From the NCBI RefSeq assembly GCF_052088025.1, contig NZ_JBQCYD010000010.1:43666-67665 (forward strand): a stretch of DNA of 24,000 bases, read 5' to 3'. The position numbers and the translations under genes were made by a program. Source of the stretch: Senegalia sp. (in: firmicutes). Its GTDB lineage: Bacteria > Bacillota > Clostridia > Tissierellales > SIT17. The notes beneath the pieces were generated by a model. That model worked only from the letters and a program-made list of their open reading frames with translations, had not been told where the DNA came from and made no database searches. Positions 1 through 6,489 of the stretch are shown here, one piece after another. The first letter of the stretch is position 1; each line of letters opens with the position of its first letter.

Positions 1-723
1 ACTATTTGGGTTATCTAGTTTTGTTAGTTCTACTGCTTCTTCGTATATTTTCTCTTGGTATAAAGAGTCACATTCCATTGCATTTTCTACCAGTTCTTTA
101 TCTATTTTTACTCCTAAATCATTTATCTTTTGGTCTAAGAACCATAGGTTTAATTCACTCTTTGTCATTGGGAAGTTATCTAACTTTTTTCTAATGCTTC
201 TTTCAACTTCCACGTCCCTCTTACAATACTTTTTAAACAGATCCCACTTTTCTATATCATGCTTTGGTAGGTTTCTAGTTCTTCCTCCATTAGCCTTTGT
301 AGCCTTACAGGGGATTGAAAAGTATCTTATTAAGGCTTTCCCCTCATCCATCTTTTGTGACTCGAGTCTTAGTGTTCTAGCTACTCCTTTAAGGTTTCCA
401 GGTAGTCCTAATGATAAAGAATGAACCATACTACATCTCCACTGTTCTGGTGGTATTTCTTTTTCAAGGTGTTTTGATATACATGCTCTTTCAAATGCTG
501 CATTAAATGCGGTTTTAATTACTTCTTTATCTGTTACTGCTTCTATCACATCAGTGGGTATTTTTTCTCCCTGTACTAGGTCTACTATTTTTATTGGCTC
601 TTCATCAAATGCATATCCAAATAATAATATTTCAAAGTCATCTGCTTCAGTGTAGCTGAAGACCCCAGAAGTTCTGAGGTCTATACTACTATATGTTTCA
701 ATATCTATTGCTAAAGTTTTCAT
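1..723 (-). CDS. Phage-type family A DNA polymerase, N-terminal (3'-5' exonuclease-like) part; the gene runs off the left edge
   Basis: Absent from the ORF track because it has no stop in the window. My translation of the minus strand from the ATG at 723-721 stays open to position 1 (241 codons): MKTLAIDIETYSSIDLRTSGVFSYTEADDFEILLFGYAFDEEPIKIVDL...LWFLDQKINDLGVKIDKELVENA. It has an N-terminal DIET (DxE, ExoI-like) motif and sits right after the DUF2800/DUF2815 genes, the usual order in this phage replication module. The + strand ORFs 6..194 and 194..424 are Leu-rich antisense shadows. Confidence 0.75.
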   Translation of the reverse strand, partial: MKTLAIDIETYSSIDLRTSGVFSYTEADDFEILLFGYAFDEEPIKIVDLVQGEKIPTDVIEAVTDKEVIKTAFNAAFERACISKHLEKEIPPEQWRCSMVHSLSLGLPGNLKGVARTLRLESQKMDEGKALIRYFSIPCKATKANGGRTRNLPKHDIEKWDLFKKYCKRDVEVERSIRKKLDNFPMTKSELNLWFLDQKINDLGVKIDKELVENAMECDSLYQEKIYEEAVELTKLDNPNS

Positions 724-728
724 ATCCA

Positions 729-1268
729 CTACCCTAGTAAGTCGTCTTCATCATCAAATGCCGAGAAGTCATCTTCAGCTCTTGCCTTGCCACCTAAAGG
801 CTCTCCATCTTCTAACTTTTGGATATTATGAAGTGCAAAACTTACTCCAGTTGACCCATTAACTGAATATGGAAATGCAACTATACTAGCTCTACCATAG
901 CAACCTGAATAAACTTCCGATGGATCTAATATTGGATTGACATCTTTATCTACTACTCCTGGCTTAGTCTTTGAATTTACATTTAAAAAGTAGCTCTTTT
1001 TATAAGCTGCATCATCTGGTTTGTCTATATCTCCATCTCTTAGAGGAATTCTGAAATTAGCACTTTTACCAAACTTTGTACCATATCTTGATACGCCTTC
1101 CTTGGTAGCTTTCTCTATTGCCTTTTCTATTTTTTGTATTGTAGCTGTGTCTCCTTTTGGTATTATTAGAGAAACCGAATACTTCTCATCTCCTCCAGCT
1201 ATACCTGCTTTTGGTGTAAATAAATTTGCATAACTTAATCTCGCTTTTCCAGTAACTATCTTTGTCAT
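729..1268 (-). CDS. DUF2815-family phage protein (ssDNA-binding-protein-like, acidic C-terminal tail)
   Basis: 179 aa. MTKIVTGKARLSYANLFTPKA...YSGCYGRASIVAFPY...LGGKARAEDDFSAFDDEDDLLG matches my memory of the DUF2815 family. The acidic C-terminal tail is typical of phage SSBs (T7 gp2.5 style). Only 5 nt separate it from the polymerase start. Confidence 0.8.
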   Translation of the reverse strand: MTKIVTGKARLSYANLFTPKAGIAGGDEKYSVSLIIPKGDTATIQKIEKAIEKATKEGVSRYGTKFGKSANFRIPLRDGDIDKPDDAAYKKSYFLNVNSKTKPGVVDKDVNPILDPSEVYSGCYGRASIVAFPYSVNGSTGVSFALHNIQKLEDGEPLGGKARAEDDFSAFDDEDDLLG

Positions 1269-1285
1269 AATAATCTACTCTCCTT

Positions 1286-2428
1286 TTAGTTTTTAAAGTC
1301 TATTTCTGCTGAACTTGACACTTCTATTCTTTTATCATCATCTTTCACCAGTTTTAATTTGCCTGGTGGTCTTTCTATAAGTGAACCTATTATTTCTTCA
1401 AAGTCTTTTTTACCTAGTTCTTTTTCGAGCTTTGTTAGGCTTAGTAAAGACTTAGAGAATATCTTCTCTTCTTCATATCCTGCTTGAAGAAGCCTTTTAG
1501 CTACTTGTTCTTCACTTGAATATCTTCTAGTTCTTCTTCCTTCTACAAGCTTAAAGCCTGGCCACTCTTTTTCATTATTAACTGCTTCTTTATAGGCGTA
1601 TTTTTCTACATCCTTAGCCCATTTTACTAATTCATCTATTTGTTCTAATACCATCACTACTTCTAAATCTGTTAGAAGGGGTGCAGCTTTAAAGTCTAGT
1701 TTTGCAAGTTTCATGTTTTCTTCTGCTCTAGCTCTACATCTATTTTTGGCCCTACAAAACCTACAATGTTCTCCAGGACTAAATTCTCCCTTACCTTCAT
1801 AAGCTAGGTCTGCTTTAGGCTTTACTTCCTTCTCGCCCCAATTCAGTAGGTCTTCTACTTCTATTTCATCTGTTGAAATGTTATCTAGTCTTGGTTGGAC
1901 TATTGTCATTCTTACTTTTTTAGCTTCAAATATAAAGTTGAAGTTATCTACTGCACCTATAGCATAGAGCTTAAGCTGACTATTATCTCTAGCATCTACT
2001 TTTAGTCCTTTTCCAAACTTAAGATCTACTACTTCAATAGTGTCTTTATCTAATATTAAAAGGTCACAGGTTCCAAAACCTTCCTTGCATATACAGCTGT
2101 AGTCGACTCGCTTTTCTACAAATACCATTCCAGCTTTATGTTCATTTATCTTTTCAATTGCAAAATCTACATAAACGTCAACATACATTTCTAGTTCTTT
2201 GGTGTAGAACTCATTTTGTTTCATGACTTTTAGCTTTTTATTAAAGTCTGCTTTTGATATTTCTCCTAAATGGCTGAGTATCTTAAGTTCTGATAGGTTG
2301 TGTGCAAATGTCCCTTCCTTTGCATAAATACTTGACTTGTTCTCTTCATGCTCCCCAAGCCTTGCACTTGGAGGACACGCACCCCAAATATGTGAACTTG
2401 ATGCCCCTAAAAGAGCATGCTGTGTCAT
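1286..2428 (-). CDS. DUF2800-family PD-(D/E)XK (Cas4/RecB-like) nuclease with Cys cluster
   Basis: 380 aa. N-terminal HALLGASSSHIWGACPPS and the nuclease-like core CDLLILDKDTIEVVDLKFGKG (D...DxK). C-terminal CRFCRAKNRC plus the N-terminal Cys give the four-Cys arrangement seen in Cas4-like Fe-S nucleases. Its start overlaps the stop of the upstream gene (TAATG). Confidence 0.8.
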   Translation of the reverse strand: MTQHALLGASSSHIWGACPPSARLGEHEENKSSIYAKEGTFAHNLSELKILSHLGEISKADFNKKLKVMKQNEFYTKELEMYVDVYVDFAIEKINEHKAGMVFVEKRVDYSCICKEGFGTCDLLILDKDTIEVVDLKFGKGLKVDARDNSQLKLYAIGAVDNFNFIFEAKKVRMTIVQPRLDNISTDEIEVEDLLNWGEKEVKPKADLAYEGKGEFSPGEHCRFCRAKNRCRARAEENMKLAKLDFKAAPLLTDLEVVMVLEQIDELVKWAKDVEKYAYKEAVNNEKEWPGFKLVEGRRTRRYSSEEQVAKRLLQAGYEEEKIFSKSLLSLTKLEKELGKKDFEEIIGSLIERPPGKLKLVKDDDKRIEVSSSAEIDFKN

Positions 2429-2724
2429 TAAAGTTCCCTCGCTTTATCTAGAAGTTCAGAATATCTTTCTTCAGGAACATCTGATAGCTTTTTAGCTCCA
2501 TATTTTGTTATGAGCTCTTTTACTTCTTGCTGCTTTCCTTCTCTTGTTAGACCTGCAAGGACTGCTCGAAGATCTTCAAAAGTTATTTTTGTTTTCTTAG
2601 GTTTTGTTTCAGTTTTAATGTTTTCTGGTGCTTCTACTTCTTCTCTAGTCCCAGCTAAAACTTCAATACTGTCTGCAAGGTTCCTTAGATTTTTTACTAC
2701 ATCTAGATGCTTGTTCTTCATCAT
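2428..2724 (-). CDS. Small phage protein of unknown function
   Basis: 98-aa ORF preceded by GAGGAGGAGAG and translationally coupled to the DUF2800 gene. The charged helical C-terminal half (ITFEDLRAVLAGLTREGKQQEVKELITKYGAKKLSDVPEERYSELL) resembles small proteins I recall in this module. No assignable function. Confidence 0.6.
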   Translation of the reverse strand: MMKNKHLDVVKNLRNLADSIEVLAGTREEVEAPENIKTETKPKKTKITFEDLRAVLAGLTREGKQQEVKELITKYGAKKLSDVPEERYSELLDKAREL

Positions 2725-2827
2725 GTTTACTCTCCTCCTCTAATTTTTGTAGTTGCTTTGCCAGTCTTTTAGATACAATGCTCATTGCTGTAAGAACACC
2801 AACCATTTCTTCTTTATCACTTTGCAT
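2663..2827 (-). CDS. Possible 54-aa small ORF (not in the ORF track), overlapping the next gene by 62 nt
   Basis: ATG at 2827-2825 is preceded by CGGAGGTGAGAAG (strong SD at good spacing). Translation: MQSDKEEMVGVLTAMSIVSKRLAKQLQKLEEESKHDEEQASRCSKKSKEPCRQY. The first ~38 aa look like a natural amphipathic helix. The tail is out-of-frame read-through into the 98-aa gene, so the real extent and reality are uncertain. Confidence 0.3.
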   Translation of the reverse strand: MQSDKEEMVGVLTAMSIVSKRLAKQLQKLEEESKHDEEQASRCSKKSKEPCRQY

Positions 2828-2854
2828 CTTCTCACCTCCGATTTTTAAATAAAG

Positions 2855-2964
2855 CCCTTCACTTATTAGCCAATTTGGAGAGGGTTTTGGTAACCTTTTT
2901 TTAAAAATTTATTTTCCCCCTCACTTACTAGCCAATTTGAAAGGTGTTTTGGTAACCCTTTTTT
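2855..2964. repeat. Two ~48-bp direct repeats (2855-2902 and 2917-2964), 62 bp apart; a third partial copy lies at 3008-3024
   Basis: CCCTTCACTTATTAGCCAATTTGGAGAGGGTTTTGGTAACCTTTTTTT versus CCCCTCACTTACTAGCCAATTTGAAAGGTGTTTTGGTAACCCTTTTTT, about 41/48 identical by hand alignment. Each carries a GGTNACC palindrome followed by a T-run. Confidence 0.85.
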
Positions 2965-2988
2965 GAAAGTTTTTTTATTTTCTATTTA

Positions 2989-3453
2989 TTAACGTGTAAA
3001 AGAGCTATCTTGGTAGCCTTTTTTATTAAAATGTTTCTTTAGCTTTTGTAAGGCCTTGTCACGTTTCTTTCCTACTGTTTGATGGGATCTTCCTATCTTT
3101 TCTCCAGTTTTCCTAGCAGATAACTTGTCATAATATAAACTATCAATAATTTGTTTTTCTTCTTCATCTAACTCTTTTAAAGCTTCGGTGAGTATCAGTA
3201 AAGTTGCCTTATCAAATACGATGTCTTCCACAGCTTGTATATTCTCAAATTGAACCCCTTCATCTTTTAATCTGTCATAGGAATCCTCTTTGTTTGGATT
3301 AAAAGTTACTTTTTCTTTTTCCATATCAATGTCTATGCTTCCAGCTTTAACATCATCTTCTAGGTATCTGCGTCTTCTATCCATTCTGTAATACTCCTTG
3401 TATAGCTCCTCTGTTACTTTTTGTCCTTGAATTCTGTACTCTTTTCTTGACAT
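2989..3453 (-). CDS. Sigma-70 region-4-like HTH transcription regulator (phage sigma/ArpU-like class)
   Basis: The C-terminal part LDEEEKQIIDSLYYDKLSARKTGEKIGRSHQTVGKKRDKALQKLKK fits the region-4 HTH pattern of sigma-70-family proteins. I prefer the ATG at 3453 (MSRKEYRIQ...), preceded by GAGAGGGGTTAATTTT, over the track start at 3492. Confidence 0.65.
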   Translation of the reverse strand: MSRKEYRIQGQKVTEELYKEYYRMDRRRRYLEDDVKAGSIDIDMEKEKVTFNPNKEDSYDRLKDEGVQFENIQAVEDIVFDKATLLILTEALKELDEEEKQIIDSLYYDKLSARKTGEKIGRSHQTVGKKRDKALQKLKKHFNKKGYQDSSFTR

Positions 3454-3665
3454 AAAATTAACCCCTCTCTCGGAGAGAAAAGGGCATAACAATCAGCCAA
3501 AAAACTCACCTTTTTTTTATTAAGTGAGCCTTTCGACTGCTTACTGATATATTAAAATTTAAATATGCGGGTTTTTTACATGTTTAAAAAATTTGCTCTC
3601 TACTACTTAAATAGATTTAAAAAGCAATTCTTACTATTGGATTTAGAACATATTTTCTATTTTTA

Positions 3666-3727
3666 CAATAAAAAATGACCAGACTAAAATGCACTGTGAT
3701 TTCTCACAATTACATTTCAATCTGGCC
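3666..3727 (-). terminator. Rho-independent terminator after the 81-aa gene
   Basis: Minus strand GGCCAGATTGAAATGTAATTGTGAGAAATCACAGTGCATTTTAGTCTGGTC followed by ATTTTTTATT. The outer stem is ~9 bp (two G-U pairs) and the inner stem is TGTGA/TCACA. Confidence 0.6.
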
Positions 3728-3750
3728 ATCAAGCAGCTCTGTGATTGTTT

Positions 3751-3996
3751 TTACGAAGCTTTATCTTTAATTTTTTTATAGATTGAACTTATATTAGCTC
3801 TTATGTCTCTTATATTTTCTTCTTCTGTGTAGGGTGCTATTAAATCTAGCATGTCCACTAAAACAGGGTCTGCAAAACCTTTATTTTTAATAGATATGTA
3901 GATATTATCTTCTTTTACTAAGGTTGTACAAACTAATTTATCATGTGTTTTACCTTTTTTATCTTGTACTTTTTTTCTTATCTCTTTTCTTATCAT
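3751..3996 (-). CDS. Small early phage protein, unknown function (first gene of the leftward operon)
   Basis: 81-aa ORF with RBS AAAGAGGGGGATTCTA before the ATG. It is divergent from the repressor gene. No HTH recognisable by eye. Confidence 0.55.
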   Translation of the reverse strand: MIRKEIRKKVQDKKGKTHDKLVCTTLVKEDNIYISIKNKGFADPVLVDMLDLIAPYTEEENIRDIRANISSIYKKIKDKAS

Positions 3997-4015
3997 TAGA
4001 ATCCCCCTCTTTATT

Positions 4016-4033
4016 TATAGACTATAGTCTATA
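4016..4033. promoter_or_regulatory. Perfect 18-bp palindrome TATAGACTATAGTCTATA, candidate operator
   Basis: The sequence is its own reverse complement. It lies 20 nt upstream of the 81-aa gene start inside the divergent switch region. Related half-sites: TATAGAC at 4092-4098 and TGACTAT at 4047-4053 and 4211-4217. Confidence 0.5.
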
Positions 4034-4209
4034 ATGTATTTCATTTTGACTATTGTTTATACTAAACAGTGTAAGTAAAAAAATATAAAAATATAGACCT
4101 AGGGCTAAAACCTAAGCTTTATAAACTATTTACTATCTTTATTAATAAATATAATATCATACCGAGATAATAAGTACAAGCAATATTTTAAATTTATTTC
4201 AATTTCTTA

Positions 4210-4238
4210 TTGACTATAAACAACGTTTAATATATTAT
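4210..4238 (+). promoter_or_regulatory. SigA-type promoter for the repressor gene (TTGACT-N17-TATTAT)
   Basis: -35 TTGACT at 4210-4215, a 17-nt spacer, and -10 TATTAT at 4233-4238, about 35 nt upstream of the ATG at 4273. The -35 overlaps a TGACTAT operator-like half-site. Confidence 0.5.
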
Positions 4239-4272
4239 AGTATATATAGTAAATGATAAAGAGGTGAAATAC

Positions 4273-4962
4273 ATGAATAAAAAAACAAATTTTAATAAAG
4301 AAGTTTTTGCAGCTTTACTTGAGAAAGCTAAAGGTGATAGATCTATAAATAAATATGCTGAGGAAACTAGTGTAAGTGCAGCCCATATATCTAGATTCCT
4401 TAGACAGATGATAGATGCACCACCTACGCCTGAAACCATATCTAAATTTGCAGATAAAGCCTATAATGATGTTACCTATAAAGATATGATGTCCGCAGCA
4501 GGATATATCGTTGTAGAAGAAAATATGGTAGAAGAGTACTCACCTAAAAATAGAAGAGAAGAAATTAGAAAAATAGAACAAGACATAACAAATATCGTTA
4601 TTTCATATTTAATGAATCAAGAATTTAAGTGGAGTATGGAAAAGCCAGAAGGTATGATGCGATTTCCAGATCTTATGATTAGTCTAGAAGATGAAGTTTA
4701 TAAAAAATGGTTCTTTGAGTTTCAAGTTATCAGAGGTCGAGCTTCTATGCCATTTCCAATAATCCATCACTTCTATAGTAGGCTTCTTACTTTTGAATTA
4801 ACTCCTACAGATAAATTTACATTAGTAATAGATAATGAGAAAGCTTTTGATTTTTTATTTAGAAGACCACCAATAAATTTAAGAGCTAACTTATATATAA
4901 TGCTAGTGGACACAGAAAATAGGACTGTTATTAAAGAAGAACAGATATGTAAATATGAGTAA
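4273..4962 (+). CDS. XRE/CI-type HTH repressor-like protein with an uncharacterised C-terminal domain
   Basis: The N-terminal NKEVFAALLEKAKGDRSINKYAEETSVSAAHISRFLRQ has the XRE-family HTH pattern. It is the only + strand gene and is divergent from the early operon. I prefer the ATG at 4273 (RBS AAAGAGGTG, 6-nt spacer) over the GTG at 4264. The ~130-aa C-terminal domain has no obvious family. Confidence 0.7.
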   Translation: MNKKTNFNKEVFAALLEKAKGDRSINKYAEETSVSAAHISRFLRQMIDAPPTPETISKFADKAYNDVTYKDMMSAAGYIVVEENMVEEYSPKNRREEIRKIEQDITNIVISYLMNQEFKWSMEKPEGMMRFPDLMISLEDEVYKKWFFEFQVIRGRASMPFPIIHHFYSRLLTFELTPTDKFTLVIDNEKAFDFLFRRPPINLRANLYIMLVDTENRTVIKEEQICKYE

Positions 4963-4967
4963 ACCAA

Positions 4968-5031
4968 AGCACCCCAGCTAGACTTCTTCTCAATTTATAA
5001 GAGAAGCCAGTCTAGCCGGGGTGCTATTTTA
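4968..5031. terminator. Bidirectional rho-independent terminator between convergent genes
   Basis: AGCACCCCAGCTAGACT...AGTCTAGCCGGGGTGCT forms a 17-bp stem with one mismatch, plus an inner TCTTCTC/GAGAAG stem. It is T-rich on both sides. This is the only GC-rich hairpin in the neighbourhood. Confidence 0.8.
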
Positions 5032-5271
5032 TTTATCTACTTCTAAAACCACTTTAAACTTTACTGAAAAAGGGTTACAAGCATTTGACTCTGGAAGTCC
5101 ATCAACTATTTCATATTCCTCATCAAACTCATCAAAGAAATCCTTATATTCTTCATATGTTGGTTCAATGACTTGATCTCTTTGTTGCCTCTTAACCTTA
5201 CCTTTAATATAGTTCCATAAACAATACATTAAGAATTCTTGATGACATTTCTCTAATTCTTCAAATTTCAT
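5029..5271 (-). CDS. Hypothetical small acidic protein
   Basis: ORF with RBS AGGAGGTGGGAAAG before the ATG at 5271 (MKFEELEKCHQEF...). The track start at 5280 is a GTG inside the SD. No recognisable family. Confidence 0.5.
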   Translation of the reverse strand: MKFEELEKCHQEFLMYCLWNYIKGKVKRQQRDQVIEPTYEEYKDFFDEFDEEYEIVDGLPESNACNPFSVKFKVVLEVDK

Positions 5272-5345
5272 CTTTCCCACCTCCTACTTCATATATAGAA
5301 ATAGGATGGAAAAGTTACTATATTAATATTTAAATTATAGTTTTA

Positions 5346-5492
5346 TCAAAAATCTCTTCTTTTTAAAAAATTCAGCTTACGTTTTGTTTTCTCAAGCTGT
5401 TTTACAATTTCTTTTACTTTTCTTTTTCCATCTAATAGCTCTAAAACTGCTTCTGCTCTCAATTCTGGTGAGTATTTTTTATTATTTTCCAT
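5346..5492 (-). pseudogene. IS3-family OrfA-like transposase HTH fragment (48 codons), remnant
   Basis: My translation: MENNKKYSPELRAEAVLELLDGKRKVKEIVKQLEKTKRKLNFLKRRDF. The YSPE(F/L)(K/R)xxAVxLxxxG...EIxxxL pattern is the N-terminal HTH of IS3/IS911-type OrfA proteins. It is far too short to be functional, and no OrfB or inverted repeats follow. Confidence 0.45.
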
Positions 5493-5537
5493 GGTCAAAA
5501 TTATAACATACAGTTAGTTTTTTTGTCTAGTTTTTCA
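5400..5537 (-). repeat. Repeat module copy 1 (core TTTTTTTGTCTAGTTTTT at 5518-5535)
   Basis: It shares the 17-bp core with copies 2 and 3, and shares the downstream OrfA-like sequence with copy 2. On the minus strand it reads TAGACA-N18-TATAAT, followed by the OrfA-fragment ATG. Confidence 0.7.
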
Positions 5538-5546
5538 TTAAAATTA

Positions 5547-6071
5547 TTATTCTTTTTTTTCTCTATCTCTAAAAAAGTTATTAATATCTTTTTTCATCTC
5601 TTCAATAGGAGTAATATATCCACCCTTACCATCACCAACTAAATATTGACTTGCCTTTATACTCATAGCACTTTTATAGATAGATGTACCCTCTAGTAAT
5701 TCTTCATGATAAGGCAAAATTTTACATGCATTATTTAGCTTTGATATTATAGATCTACTACTTGTTTTTGAATACACTATATCCTTAGAATAATTTATAA
5801 ACTCATCTATGACTTCATCCTTAATATATTCACCTTTAAATGCATCACGAATAGCCTTTAATATATGTTCATCTAAGCTTTTAAAATCCTTTGATTTCAA
5901 TCCTCGAAGAACAATGACATAATTGTTTTTATCATTAATAAGCACAACCGCTTTTTTCCTGTAAACTGCAATGACATTTGCATGCCAGGAAAAAAGTGGC
6001 TCTTCTTTTGCCTGTAATTCAGGCTTAATATTTAGTTCATCTAATAATTTCTTTGTTGCTTGTATTAACAT
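5547..6071 (-). CDS. Conserved hypothetical protein (174 aa)
   Basis: MLIQATKKLLDELNIKPE...LFSWHANVIAVYRKKAVVLINDKNNYVIVLRGLKSKDF... resembles an uncharacterised bacterial DUF family I half-remember (possibly DUF6933; unverified). A TAGACT-N17-TAAAAT promoter-like element lies on the minus strand in the ~100 nt upstream of its start. Confidence 0.6.
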   Translation of the reverse strand: MLIQATKKLLDELNIKPELQAKEEPLFSWHANVIAVYRKKAVVLINDKNNYVIVLRGLKSKDFKSLDEHILKAIRDAFKGEYIKDEVIDEFINYSKDIVYSKTSSRSIISKLNNACKILPYHEELLEGTSIYKSAMSIKASQYLVGDGKGGYITPIEEMKKDINNFFRDREKKE

Positions 6072-6185
6072 AAAATTTAAAACTCCTATAATTAATATAA
6101 TATTTGTATTTTATCCCTAATAATTAAAACAGTCTATTAACCTCTTTTCCCAACTTATTAAAGTAAATTAAATAGTTTCATATTC

Positions 6186-6310
6186 ATTTACACTTCTTTC
6201 ACTTTTTTTCACTCTCTAACAGCTCTAAAACTGCTTATAATCTCAATTTTAGCAGGCATTTTTTATGGCCAAAACTATAATATGAAGCTGATTTTTTTGT
6301 CTAGTTTTAA
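6186..6310 (-). repeat. Repeat module copy 2 (core at 6292-6308), degenerate copy of the OrfA-fragment module
   Basis: Minus strand AAAAAATGCCTGCTAAAATTGAGATTATAAGCAGTTTTAGAGCTGTTAGAGAG aligns with copy 1 AAAAAATACTCACCAGAATTGAGAGCAGAAGCAGTTTTAGAGCTATTAGATGG, but contains stops and indels. It has TAGACA-N18-TATAGT geometry. Confidence 0.7.
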
Positions 6311-6354
6311 AATTCAAAATAAACCCCACTAAAAACACTTAAATTATAAGTTGT

Positions 6355-6489
6355 TTTGTATTCATTTTTACTTCTTTTTCTGACATATTATCCTTATTAA
6401 GAGTCTTATCTCTACTTTATTAGTATAATTTTTGCTTCTTTTTATGTGAAAAATGATAGTTCTCACATGATTTTTTTGTCTAGTTTTTA
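6355..6489 (-). repeat. Repeat module copy 3 (core at 6471-6488), 179 bp from copy 2 and ~20 nt downstream of the murJ-like stop
   Basis: It has the same GATTTTTTTGTCTAGTTTT core. Its distal end (GTAAAAATGAATACAAAAC) matches the distal end of copy 2 (GTAAATGAATATGAAAC). It contains an ATGTGA-N13-TCACAT inverted repeat and TAGACA-N18-TATCAT geometry. Confidence 0.65.

Noticed and set aside
3500-3535. Terminator-like CTCAC...GTGAG hairpin with a T-run just upstream of the sigma-like gene
   Set aside because: The stem is only 5 bp (plus a bulged extension) around a poly-A/T loop. That is too weak to call. It could equally be chance in A/T homopolymer sequence.
4227-4967. Minus-strand ORFs 4227..4439 and 4773..4967, antisense to the repressor gene
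   Set aside because: Both are antisense shadows of the HTH gene with hydrophobic low-complexity translations and no SD. The first would start inside the repressor coding region.
5518-6488. Could the three TTTTTTTGTCTAGTTTT repeats be a small CRISPR array?
   Set aside because: There are only three copies at very unequal spacing (179 and 774 bp). The core is a 17-bp AT-rich word with no palindromic repeat structure, a protein-coding gene sits between copies, the flanks of the copies are themselves homologous (so these are modules, not repeat-spacer units), and no cas genes are present.
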